Shown in pieces: positions 36,601-45,900 of a stretch of DNA of 64,000 nt. Position 1 is the first letter of the stretch, and each line of letters starts with the position of its first letter. The DNA comes from Lingula anatina (taxonomy: Eukaryota > Animalia > Brachiopoda): NCBI GenBank assembly GCA_051362555.1, contig CM120640.1, positions 8,742,001 to 8,806,000 on the forward strand, read 5' to 3'. The notes under the pieces are model-generated. The model did no database searches. It saw only the letters and a program-made list of their open reading frames with translations, and was not told the DNA's origin. Both the position numbers and the translations under genes were made by a program.

Positions 36601-38252
36601 AAAAAGTAAATAACATTTTGTTAATTGCATAAGAAGATTCAAAGAAAAAACTTTCTAAAGATATGTAACTGTCTTGCGAAACCAATGTGTTGTATAAAAC
36701 AACACTCTTGAACTACAAGATAACATATCTATCACTCATGTACAAACAAAATAGGAACCTACCCATAACACTTCACCATGTATTAAGGTTCACTAATAAG
36801 CTGCATGACTACCCAGTGTTTCTTGTTAATCTAGTTAAACTCATCTCGCACATTAGAAGGGATATTTACAATTTGTATTACCTAATTATTCCTCATTAAC
36901 ACCTTTTCAAAGGTCAGTACATATAATAAAAAGTGGGGAATACCAACACAAAGCATTAACTAAGCAGCTTCAAATATAAAAATATTGGTTGTAAGTTGAA
37001 GACCGTAGCATTCACAAGTCTTTTTTCTTTCCTTTCCCTTTTTAACCAGCTAGGAAACCGACTTGACAGTGATGAACTTCACATTGATTATACACTATGC
37101 TGCAGTATAATGGCTTTAAAAAGGCTTTTATCTGAATTCTGTGAACATAATTTATCTATCAATGGTTTTATTTTTTCTTCGTGAGATTGGCAACACTGCA
37201 TTGCTTTCCTACGTAATTCAAAGGATGGCAATTCCCATGTTACAGTATTTACATTCTGCACCAAAGGTGATGAATGGCCCTTGTTACCCAGACTGTTACG
37301 TAATACTACAATAGCCTATTCTTGTCTGAGTTATTCATCATTACTGCATAGCACCTTTACTTTCAACAAGTAAAGTAACAACTGAGGTGTAAGTCAATGA
37401 AGATATTTTTTTCTAAACTTCAATATAAAAAATAATCAGACTACATGAATGTATCTTATAGGGTGCTATATGTATGCCTTTCCTGATAATAGATTTTATT
37501 TAAGTAAAGGTATGATCATGAGAAATAAAATATCAAATATGATTTAAACTGTCATTCTATTCACTTACTGAATGAAAAAAAATATTTTCTTCTTTTGATT
37601 AAAAATGTGCACTTTATTGTGTACCTACCTCATATGCATTTTTGATATTGACGGTTTCCTTAGTTAAAGCAACATGACCAGCAATGCCCTTGCCAACTGG
37701 TACCCGTATTTCATTTTCTTCATTTTGCAATGTGTCCTCCAACGTTGAGCTTTCCGTAACATCAAATAGTTTCGACACTAGGTACCGATTATTTTTTGAC
37801 CCACGGGCTAAAAACAGACTCCCCCTGTCACTGTTTGTTAACGTGCTCACATTGGCGAGAATCTTGTGGCACAGCACGTTAACGTCTAGCTCATTGGCAA
37901 TGTCTCTAATCAGTTCCATGAAAAGTTCTCTTTCGCTCATTTGTCTTAATGAAGTGAGCATTTTTCGGGGCCTTGGGGTAAACTTTCGATTACCGGAGAT
38001 ATAGTTTTTGAACATGTTTTCCGTAATTGAGTTTTTCGAGGACAACATGCTAGGGAAGTCAGTGGGAGAGTCGAGGAGGTCAGAGTCATGTCCACCGGCA
38101 CTGTGTGTCGCCAGCCACCCCCTACGGACCTTCCATTGGTGAATCATATCGTCCGTAGCGTTGTTAACGATCCAGTTAGACGTGAATTCAAGGTTACTGC
38201 TCAGGTAATACTCCACCGCTTCGCGGGTCACTTGCGGCGTTGTTGCTGCCAT
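189..38252 (-). CDS. Pde6: cGMP-specific 3',5'-cyclic phosphodiesterase (invertebrate Pde6/PDE5-type, GAF-A + GAF-B), spliced, 3'-incomplete; catalytic domain lies left of the window
   Basis: Exons 37629-38252, 27719-27883, 23411-23500, 17966-18112, 16455-16538, 4909-4973, 4661-4724, 3377-3427, 1007-1156, 189-332, all GT-AG and in phase. Motifs [53 protein letters not shown] (NKFDE), [16 protein letters not shown] and [17 protein letters not shown] match GAF-PDEs, most closely Drosophila Pde6 as recalled. Confidence 0.93.
1007..1156 (-). CDS. Pde6: PDE coding exon 9 (GAF-B C-half)
   Basis: [50 protein letters not shown], 150 nt. Confidence 0.88.
2805..2864. repeat. Perfect 25-bp inverted repeat with 10-nt loop
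   Basis: ATAGTTTATTGCAAAATTAATGATT-catgtcttca-AATCATTAATTTTGCAATAAACTAT. Confidence 0.9.
2978..3138. mobile_element. Short TIR element (CAGGGGCGGATCCAG termini)
   Basis: CAGGGGCGGATCCAG ... CTAAATCTGCCCCTG, flanks AACAT/TACAT (5-bp TSD, one mismatch). Confidence 0.65.
3377..3427 (-). CDS. Pde6: PDE coding exon 8
   Basis: [17 protein letters not shown], 51 nt, ttttcag/gtaagt. Confidence 0.85.
4661..4724 (-). CDS. Pde6: PDE coding exon 7
   Basis: (S)[21 protein letters not shown], 64 nt, phase 2-0; IARYVA GAF motif. Confidence 0.85.
4909..4973 (-). CDS. Pde6: PDE coding exon 6
   Basis: [21 protein letters not shown](S), 65 nt, phase 0-2. Confidence 0.8.
6636..6825. mobile_element. PIF/Harbinger (Tourist-like) MITE
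   Basis: TIR GGGGCCATTCAGAATGAG / CTCATTCTGAATGGCCCC, TSD TTA. Confidence 0.8.
7240..8660 (-). mobile_element. Non-autonomous Helentron/DINE-1-like element, copy 1 (composite, diverged)
   Basis: Reverse complement of the copy-2 termini: 3' hairpin and CTAG at 7240, palindromic 5' subTIR near 8660, and a second 5' end at about 7700. Confidence 0.75.
9791..9830. repeat. (AC)n microsatellite
   Basis: Direct reading. Confidence 0.95.
10814..11040. mobile_element. Decayed Harbinger-type fold-back MITE
   Basis: Inner perfect inverted repeat AAGTGCAATCAGTGGAATCAGCTTAAT, outer GGGCGCATTCTGATTCA-like ends, TAA/TTA flanks. Confidence 0.65.
11161..13477 (+). mobile_element. Non-autonomous Helentron/DINE-1-like element, copy 2 (full length)
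   Basis: 5' TTGTACCACCAGC-gttagc-GCTGGCGGTAC hairpin, 3' subterminal inverted copy GCTGGTGGTACAA (13430-42), hairpin GAGGCG-gtat-CGCCTC, end CTAG followed by T-run, no TSD, internal tandem array. Confidence 0.8.
12151..13272 (+). repeat. 146-bp tandem array (7 full units plus 1 variant unit) inside copy 2
   Basis: Unit starts at 12151, 12297, 12443, 12589, 12735, 12881, 13027 and about 13172. Confidence 0.95.
14689..14903 (-). mobile_element. Harbinger-type MITE, 215-bp TTCCCA family
   Basis: TIR GACTGCATTCCCACAGATTT / AAATCTGTGGGTATGCAGTC, TSD TAA; body is the reverse complement of the five copies below. Confidence 0.85.
15821..16122. mobile_element. Long fold-back Harbinger-type MITE
   Basis: About 120-bp imperfect arms starting GGCCACATTCACATTGAGTTGAGC; 3-bp flank AAA on both sides. 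Confidence 0.85.
16455..16538 (-). CDS. Pde6: PDE putative exon 5 (28-aa GAF-B loop insert)
   Basis: tgtag|GACCCT...CCAAAG|gtatgt, 84 nt, phase 0-0, open: [28 protein letters not shown]. Confidence 0.65.
17966..18112 (-). CDS. Pde6: PDE coding exon 4 (start of GAF-B)
   Basis: [49 protein letters not shown], 147 nt. Confidence 0.92.
18640..19140 (+). mobile_element. Second, old Helentron-associated (pearl/DTC84-like) element
   Basis: Two diverged repeats with a 163-bp period (18783, 18946), then (GAC/GAT)n, then hairpin ATGTACAGACACA-tc-TGTGTCAGTACAT and an A-run. Left boundary approximate. Confidence 0.5.
22059..22105. repeat. Poly(A) tract
   Basis: Direct reading. Confidence 0.9.
22930..23143 (+). 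mobile_element. Harbinger-type MITE, TTCCCA family
   Basis: Core TAGATCGACCTAACTCCCTGGGGGTTCACGCTAAA...GTAATCTAGTGAGACTCCCC. Confidence 0.85.
23411..23500 (-). CDS. Pde6: PDE coding exon 3
   Basis: [30 protein letters not shown], 90 nt, phase 0-0. Confidence 0.92.
23591..23755. mobile_element. Harbinger-type fold-back MITE
   Basis: GGCTCCATTCAGAATA...ACTAGTCCGAGGGT / ACCCTCGGACTAGT...TATTCTGAATGGGGCC, TAA/TTA flanks. Confidence 0.75.
23844..24057 (+). mobile_element. Harbinger-type MITE, TTCCCA family
   Basis: TIR GAGTGCATTCCCAGAG / CTCTGGGAATGCACTC, same core. Confidence 0.85.
27609..27672. repeat. (AT)n microsatellite next to the PDE exon 2 donor
   Basis: Direct reading. Confidence 0.95.
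27719..27883 (-). CDS. Pde6: PDE coding exon 2 (GAF-A)
   Basis: [55 protein letters not shown], 165 nt, AG/GT flanks. Confidence 0.93.
28598..28812 (+). mobile_element. Harbinger-type MITE, TTCCCA family
   Basis: Same core, TSD TTA. Confidence 0.85.
31131..31381. mobile_element. Harbinger-type fold-back MITE
   Basis: CCATTCCCATAGACACCAGCAGTCTA / TAGACTGATGGTATCTATGGGCATGG inverted arms. Confidence 0.7.
31437..31703. mobile_element. Decayed Harbinger-type MITE
   Basis: GGCCCCTTTCACATT ... AATGTAAAAAAAGGGCC, TAA/TTA flanks. Confidence 0.5.
32224..32444 (+). mobile_element. Harbinger-type MITE, TTCCCA family
   Basis: Same core, TSD TAA. Confidence 0.82.
32448..32705. mobile_element. Harbinger-type MITE abutting the previous one
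   Basis: GAGAGCATTCAGA ... TCTGTATGCGCTC, with inner inverted CACTTGAAAG/CTTTTAAGTG; shares the TAA at 32445-47. Confidence 0.55.
35859..36084 (+). mobile_element. Harbinger-type MITE, TTCCCA family
   Basis: Same core, TSD TTA. Confidence 0.85.
37629..38252 (-). CDS. Pde6: PDE coding exon 1 (N-terminus and start of GAF-A)
   Basis: 212-aa [11 protein letters not shown]...NIKNAYE, ends at donor GAG|GTAGGT; upstream acceptor ctttag at 38329-30. Confidence 0.93.
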
Positions 38253-38530
38253 GCTTCACGCTGCTTGCTACGGCTGTTAGCCGTCTTCGCTTCGACAAAT
38301 ATTCTCAGGCAGAACTTGCCGGGGGAAACTAAAGACAAGGAGAATAGCTTAGTATTATAAACTTGAATTTAGTATTCTAACAGAGAAAGAAAATCGTTTA
38401 GAGATGCACATCGTGGTGTGTTCACACTCTGCTAAATTGCCAAGTTGTGATGTATGTTCTGCGTTGAAGATCGTTGCACTTAACAAGTCAATATTGCAAC
38501 TACTGTGACAACTCTGTCAAAGGCACTCAC

Positions 38531-38720
38531 CTAGTAGCAGACGACGAGATAGCGGCCCTTTTCCCCTCCACGCTCAGAAACCAGGACCAGGTGTCTCCGA
38601 GTCACGTGTGTTGAGCACGGCTGCTGTCGACCCACATGCTTCTGATGGCAGTTTCACGGAATTACGGGAAATGTTTGCATCAACGTTCCCGCTGAGCTAA
38701 ACAGACCGCTCACTCGCTGC
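38531..38720 (-). promoter_or_regulatory. Putative non-coding first exon / CpG-rich promoter of the PDE gene
   Basis: Strong donor TAG|GTGAGT at 38530 upstream of the acceptor at 38329; CpG-dense context. The 5' boundary is approximate. Confidence 0.5.
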
Positions 38721-38943
38721 GGGATATAAAGCATAAACCACTCAGTGTTAGAGGTCAACGTATATACTACGGTGCTGCTGCATTTGGTGTGATAACGTGT
38801 CAATCGAATGGCTCAACAGCTGCAGTAACAGTCTGTTATCAACAGCCGCATCAACCTCATCATGTAAAAAGCATACCCCCCCCCCCCCCCCCCCCCTCCA
38901 GCACACACCTTTTTATTGCGTTTTCCATTTACTTCGATTTTAG

Positions 38944-39860
38944 ATGAAAGCACCATCGAAATGGGCGGACCTGATAAGTTTGTATTCAGACAGGTGCACA
39001 TCAGACAGGGTGGTTGGAGACGCAGAGAGTAGGATCATCAGCGAGACACCTCAACCAAGACCCATATCAAAACATGCGTACAAAGTGCGTGTATGGGGAG
39101 GTAAAGCACGTGTATACTTACTGTGTTATTTAGTATAATATCGCACTACAAGCATTGTTCGAGAGAAACAACAGAACAGAATGAAATAGAATACATTTGT
39201 AATGTTATGCTGTTTTTTCATAGTGAAAAATATAACAAAATGATTATTATTAAGACATGTAATTCTGCACTAAATAATGTAACAAAATTATCATGAAAAC
39301 ATGTAATTATATCCCTTGCTTCTTGCTATATATTTCATTTCCCTCAGTGAAGACATCCCGTACTTCATCTGGAGTATGTTTTTAGTAATGAGATATTTAT
39401 GTTTTCTTCTTTCTTTCCTGTTGCAGGCATTTCCAAAAGAAGGGCAACGACGCTAGCCATTTTCACGGGCATCATGGATGCAAAGACCCACGTGCAAATC
39501 CTGAAGGAAAATTTGCTACCATTTTTGAAAAAACAATTCCCTCTTCATCAAAACAACGACCTAAGCATACTAACAAACTGACAAAAGAATTTATTGTATC
39601 ACACAACATTAACTGGCCCCCCTCCCCCCCCCCCCAAAAAAAGTCCTCATTAAAAACCCCTAGAAAACCTGTGGTCAAAACTTGAATATCATTTGCGTAA
39701 ATAGGCCTACGTCAGACCATCCATTAAAACGAATTAGTAAAAAGACATTCACCAGTTTTGGAAAACGGTGGACATCGCAAAATGCATTCAATACATTGAC
39801 CACATACACAAAGTATACCCACGTGTAATTTAAGTTAACGGCAACGTCTCTGCTTATTTT
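38944..39860 (+). pseudogene. Degenerate intron-containing Tc1/IS630-like (DD34E-type) transposase
   Basis: DESTIE...KHAYKVRVWG|G-ISKRRATTLAIFTGIMDA..ILKENLLPF..QNND.KHT...INW...PLENLWSKL..FWKTV..CIQYIDH, with frameshifts and stops; GT-AG intron at 39101-39426. Confidence 0.8.
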
Positions 39861-41294
39861 AATATTAAATTATGGACTAAGTAGCATTATAAAATGTTCA
39901 GTTCTGGATGACAGTCCAGGTCTACTCTTTTATTCTTCCAATCCCTCCATTAATTTCGACACATTCAACAAGCAAATTTCGCCGTTAAGATTCAACCAGA
40001 TACAAGGGACGTCGTCTCAGGATTGGAGCAGCCTTTTTAGCATTGCATTCGGCGCATCGGACGATTGAACTGGCAGGCCCGTAGCCAACAATTTCAGAGA
40101 GGGGGGTCATTTTCTGAAAAAGTGGACCTTTTACCATAAAATCCTCAAGTACATAGATCAAATTGTACCCAGAGTGGACCTTTTCCCAGCAAAAAGGGTG
40201 GTTCTTTCGATTTCGGTTCCAGCGCAGATTTCGACCTTTTAAATTTTTGTAGTTATCGTTGAGTTTACCTGTAGCAATTTGCTTTTCATTGTTTATTTCA
40301 TTAGAATACCGCACTGTCTTGTATACCGTATTCAATTTTCATATGGTTTAAGTTGGTTCATCTTCAGTGCAGAAATTAATCATTATATAGTTCATTAACC
40401 TGCTGCCCAACTGTTCTAATTAAAGGTCGGTTAATCTTGACCAATTATTTTATTTCAATTTTTTCTAATTAGGGATCCTATTCTCTGCGCTGGTTTGGAA
40501 AGATTTCATGGCCAGTTTGTTAAAGTAAATTTCGTAACTAATCTCATTTGGGTTACACATTAATAAAAGCGGTCTTAACTAGCTAAATATTAATCACCCT
40601 GTATATTTTGTTTGCCAAGTTACTTTTTAAAGGATTCAAACACTACGCGATATGGAGGAAATATAGGGGCCTAGAAAATTAAGTTACCTTAAAAGTAGAC
40701 AAATAAAATTTCTTTATATTAATTATTTGCGTATCTCAATACTCCAGCCGCGTTTATCCATGTGTCGCAATCGCCACAATGAACGACTGATCTGTACAAA
40801 TATAGTCACATGTTTTCTAGGTTAAAAACAATGTTCGAATGACAACAAATCGCAACTGCTCCAAAATATTTGTGAAAATGCAATAACGCCGCACTAAGTG
40901 AATTCCGCAGTAATAGGAGCCAGCGGACTGAACGTATTGAAGAGATGACGATCACCATAAATTATCGTTTGATTCGCCAAACTTTTGTTTCTTTTTCTAC
41001 TTTTATTAATGCGCTCTCAAATCTGAACGCATGACTTTCCTGAAGTTAAGCATTCCACTAAAATGTCTTTCTTTCTTTCTTTATTTACTAATGTTTATTA
41101 ATTAATTTATTTATTTAAAGGCTGTCATATTCACTTTTTTTTTTTTTTTTTTTAGTAGATCTTCATAAAATCCATCATAGAGCCTAAACATTTCGGCGGA
41201 TATGTATTGTGTCCAGAAGACAAAAGATCATGGCATTCATACCCTAGCCACTGTAACTACATGTAGGTAACAGTATATAGTAGAGTATCGGATT

Positions 41295-41560
41295 CAGGGC
41301 CGTAGCCTGAGCAAAATGCCAGGGGGGGCAGTAAGCGGACACGAGGGGGCGAAGCCCCCGAGGGGGAAGGTTGTGGGAGGGGGTGTCCCCCTCCGATGGT
41401 GTGGAAAATTTTTGAAAACTGTATGTATAATCCTGCATTCTGGTGCATTTTAACTGTTATTTTTTGCTCAATCAAAAGTCAAAAATTATTGCAATTATTT
41501 TTTTTTACCTTTGCGATTATTTTTTTGCACCTCAAATCCCAGGGGGGGCAACTGCCCCCC

Positions 41561-41601
<41 letters not shown>

Positions 41602-41615
41602 AGGCTACGGCCCTG
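41295..41615. mobile_element. Non-autonomous TIR element (CAGGGCCGTAGCC termini, 5-bp TSD GGATT)
   Basis: TIRs CAGGGCCGTAGCCT / AGGCTACGGCCCTG, GGATT on both sides, internal G/C runs. Confidence 0.8.
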
Positions 41616-42158
41616 GGATTCAATATTGGCGGGAAAGTGCCATAAAACGGATTTTCCTGGGGTAAACGATAATTTCTCCATACTTTCCGATGGTTAAGTT
41701 TTCTTTCTCTTTTAGTGGGTAGCAATTCATGAAGGATCGCGTAGTCCGATGGCACACATATGCACGCACGCGCGCGCACACTCACACACACACAGACAAA
41801 CACACACAGTGCCACGACCCTACCATGATTGTTGGCCCATTTTCTATCGAGACCTGTGAGTGTTTGAGACCTGTGTTTTGTTTCAGAGTTATTGGCGAAT
41901 CAGATCGCGCATTGCATTATGTGCTGACTTACGAGACAAAACAAACCTTCGAATACCGTGTATACAAATATCGGAATGGTGAAGACGAAAAACTGATCAA
42001 GGTATTTTGCCGGGTAACACAAGGTTAAAAAGTCTGTTTTTTGTTACCCGTTTTAATTTCACTTGTGTTTTAAGTTATACAGACGGAGGACACTGGTACA
42101 TGTCTCGTAGATTTAAATTTAACATAAACTGGTCGGGTGGATTTTGTTCTACCGGCAC

Positions 42159-42294
42159 TAGCACGAAAATTCATGCGTTAGCACTCCTATTGACGATTCT
42201 GATATGTGCTGGCTGTGCTAACACTGTGTGGTTAGCACAGCCAGCACATATCAGAATCGTCAATAGGAGTGCTAACGCATGAATTTTCGTGCTA
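42159..42294. mobile_element. Fold-back MITE with perfect 64-bp arms and 9-bp TSD (Mutator-like)
   Basis: Arms 42159-42222 and 42231-42294 are exact reverse complements; direct repeat TACCGGCAC at 42150-58 and 42295-303. Confidence 0.9.
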
Positions 42295-42774
42295 TACCGG
42301 CACGTACGTTACTACAACTTACAGTCTACGTATGTGTTACTTTGTTAGAGATACGTGACAACTAATGTCAACGTTCGAGATAAAATAGATAAATATAATG
42401 ACAACATAACAGGGCGTCGACACGTTGAAGAATATCTTTTATAGAATGCTTGGTTGGAGTTAAATTTTGGAACACCTGTACATACATCATCAAAATATAA
42501 ATAAAGTTATTATAGAGAAGTACTGTACATTGTATGCATAGCTTGATGAATCCATCTTATTTGTCTAAAATTATTGTCTAAGATATAAGATATGTTTTCC
42601 AACCTAAGCCAAAAAACATGTATGAACAGTTTGAAAATATACGTTCCCCACATTCTTGTAACTATACCATTAACTCTATTTTCCTATTATTATTTAAATT
42701 TCAATTTTCAAAGAGCATACATGTACCAGTACTTGCCATTCTTAGGCTGTATTCATTCTTATAAGTTGCAGGAC

Positions 42775-42928
42775 ATGGATACCTTAAGTTCTCCGTCCAC
42801 CCAGCGCAAGCGTGACCCCTTTCAAACAGAATTAAGAGCCAAAATGAAGGATCGAAGATCCAGGGGTTTGGGGACAGATGTCACACCCACTGATGAGAGT
42901 GAAGATGAAGCACTGGGAAGTGATGATG
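42775..42928 (+). CDS. MAP9: MAP9 coding exon 1
   Basis: ttgcag|GACATG; MDTLSSPSTQRKRDPFQTELRAKMKDRR...; donor G|GTAAGC. Confidence 0.8.
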
Positions 42929-45900
42929 GTAAGCACCGATTTAACATGTTGTACAATGATTTGCAAGAAGCGTCATAAATGGAATGATAAAATACCATGG
43001 GTACTGTTTGACAATTATTTATCAACTTTCCACAGATATTGTCACTCTGTTTAGCTTCAAAACATTAAGGAAGAGGCCATTTTTAAAATAAAACTTTCAC
43101 AAGCTCATAGGTAAAATCAATTTTTGAACAGTGTAAATGAATTTTAAAATACAGTACATATATTTTTTAATATTTTATTTAAGTATTTTTTATACTTAAA
43201 GCTGTGTTGTAACATCTGTAATAGATAAAATGAGGATCCAGTAACAAAATAACATAAAAATTTTCTTTTGTATTTACCATTATAGACTTGTTAGCTGAAT
43301 TCAACCTGACATCCAAACCTAAATCTATGAACCAACCAGGACAGTCAGCAGGCCGCAAATCTCCCTTTGACCCTTTTGGGAAGGGTGCCCCACCCACTAC
43401 CTATGGAAGGAAGTCCCCTTTTGACTCTCTTGGAAAAGCATCCTCAGCTAGTCAACAACAGAACTCTGCAAACCCTCAGTCAATAGATGATATGCTGTTT
43501 GGAAAGAAAAGCCCAACGGGAAAGCCAGTTCAAAATGGGGCACAAGAAGCAGAGCCTAGCTTAGATGACCTGTTATTTGGCAAGAAACAAGCCCCTGTTA
43601 AGAATGGAATGGCAGCAGGGGATCAGCAACAATATGGGTATAGGTACAGCTTAGCTAGATGTGCTCATTTACAGCATTAATTTTTCATTTAGAAAAAAAA
43701 ATATGTACTTATATCTTTGAAAACAAATTATACATCTCTTTAAATAAGAGCAAAGGATATCTCAAGTTTTGATCTTAAAAATTGTCAATTTTTTGTTTCT
43801 TAAAATATTTATTGATTCTTTAAATCTTAAGACCAAAACATGTTACTCAATTTTTATTTGACATCATATCTAAGACACAAACACAGAAAATTAACAACAA
43901 CAGTTTCCAGTTTCATTCAATAACAAATGAAACTTGAAAATAGACTTCTCTGCCTATAGGAAAGATCCCATGGACTCTCTTTTTGACAAAGACAGTTCAC
44001 CACGAGGACAGTACCAGAAGAAACCATGGCAGCCTCCGTCCTATAAAAAGAATACTACACAGGAACAGGACAATGAAAGTGAGCAACATTTTCACTGCAT
44101 AAGTTCTATTATTTATAGAAAACAACAAGATAAATCATTGGGCTGGCTTTCTGCAAGTGATTCTTTATTAGGTTTAAAATGACAACACATTGATGTTTTA
44201 ATTCAAGATTATTAAATTTGCAGTAGAATGAAGTCATAACATTTGAATTTTTTTTGTTATAGCTTTCTAGTAGGTGCTTGGAAAATGGTACTGGCAGATT
44301 GAATTTTTCTTGTTAAAATAATTGAAATGAAATATTTATTTATGTTTTCACTTCTTATTTCTAGCTATGAAACCCAAAGCCTCACCTCGAGATCACCCCT
44401 TCCCTCCACCTAGGAAACACAAGACATCTCTTTCTGAAGATTCTCCCAGGTATATTATATTTATTATTATTATTATTTCTTAATCTCCACAGAAACAACA
44501 ACTCTGTTATGTAGTGAATTAACATTCACTTTTAGAAAGAGGGGATTCTTTTCAAGGTTTGAGAAAAATTGACATGCCAAATTCTGTGCTATTTATAATT
44601 ATTTGAACATGCTTTAGGAATCTTTTTATCCTATAAAAGTATATTAGTATACATGTATAAGACTTAAATTTTCATGTTTGAAGATATTAAGTGTGCCCTA
44701 GAGATTTAAGAAATATTCTACATGGAATTCTCATTTTCTCCTTAATTGGAATACCATGATCACTCAATCCTAGGGCTGAAGATGGGAAGATGGATTACCC
44801 TAAAGTGAAACCTCGCACAAGGAGGCTGTCCAAGGAGCAGGATGAGGAGAAACCCAAGCCACGTAGACAACCAAAGGTTGACATATTTGGAAGTAGCACA
44901 AAGTCAGATGATGATGATGAAGAAGAAGAAGAGGTAGCAAAATCTTTTAGGAAAAATGCCAAAGGTAGAGCATCCCCTTCCCCTGGCGGTCGAAAAACAC
45001 CCTCTTCTCGCTCCGGAACACCAAAACTCGAAGATGGTAAAAAAGAATCAGCAAGTGGCCGAAAATCTCCTGTCAAGTCCTCTGGTATTTTAGGATTGTT
45101 GACCGGAGATGGTGCACCTAAACCAAAACCTAGAAAGATGAAATCTTTGTTAATGAGCGAGTCTGAGGAGGAAGGTGATGAGCATGATGAAGATGATGTA
45201 AAACATTCCAAGTCGAAAGGCAGTGCCCAGACTGAAGTAGTTAGAAAGTCTCGGAAAAGTATACCATCACCTGATAGGGAGAGGGAAAGTTCAGTGTGCA
45301 GGGAGATTGAAGAGGATCCTGATAAGAAAATTAGAGAGAAAAGGGAACGTGAGAAAGAAAGAGCAAAGAGACGGTTAGTTTAACCATAAGATTTGTTTTA
45401 ATAATATTTTTTCTTTAAAAATTTAAAAATAGAATTCATTATTAATAAGAAATCAAATAAAATAAACATATCCATTTTTATGAATTTATGCCTTAAAGTG
45501 CATCGTTTATTGAAAAATACTAAAACACCGTCCCTGTCACTGTCCGACACATAATGTTCACCCTATAACTGCCAAACTATATTTTTGTTTTACTGAAAAT
45601 TAACTGAGTGACTTTGTTTGGTAAAGTGGCAAGGTGGCTTTCGAAAATCTGCATAATCAGTTTACATTTATGGTAATTATTATTGTAAATTTTTTTTTTT
45701 TTTTTTTTTTTTTTGTGAAATTTTCATTTTTCATACATTAGCATTTTCAGTGGCATTTATATCCCATGGAACTGAATCACTTTCAATGTCCATGTTCTGG
45801 TAATACATAATATAAGAGGATAAAAGTGATTATGTTGTTTATTTAATAGTGCCTCAAAATTGGCCAAAACATTATTTTGTGCACTTTTTTCTGTGTAATG

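Noticed and set aside
37684-38360. Plus-strand ORFs of 106 and 90 aa
   Set aside because: Antisense shadows of PDE exon 1.
41396-41815. Poly-Pro and poly-Gly ORFs
   Set aside because: Produced by the poly-C tract of the TIR element and a CA repeat.
42007-42282. 91-aa ORF upstream of MAP9
   Set aside because: It runs through the palindromic MITE and has no coding features.
44795-45211. 138-aa Ser/Phe-rich minus-strand ORF
   Set aside because: Antisense shadow of the purine-rich MAP9 exon 5.
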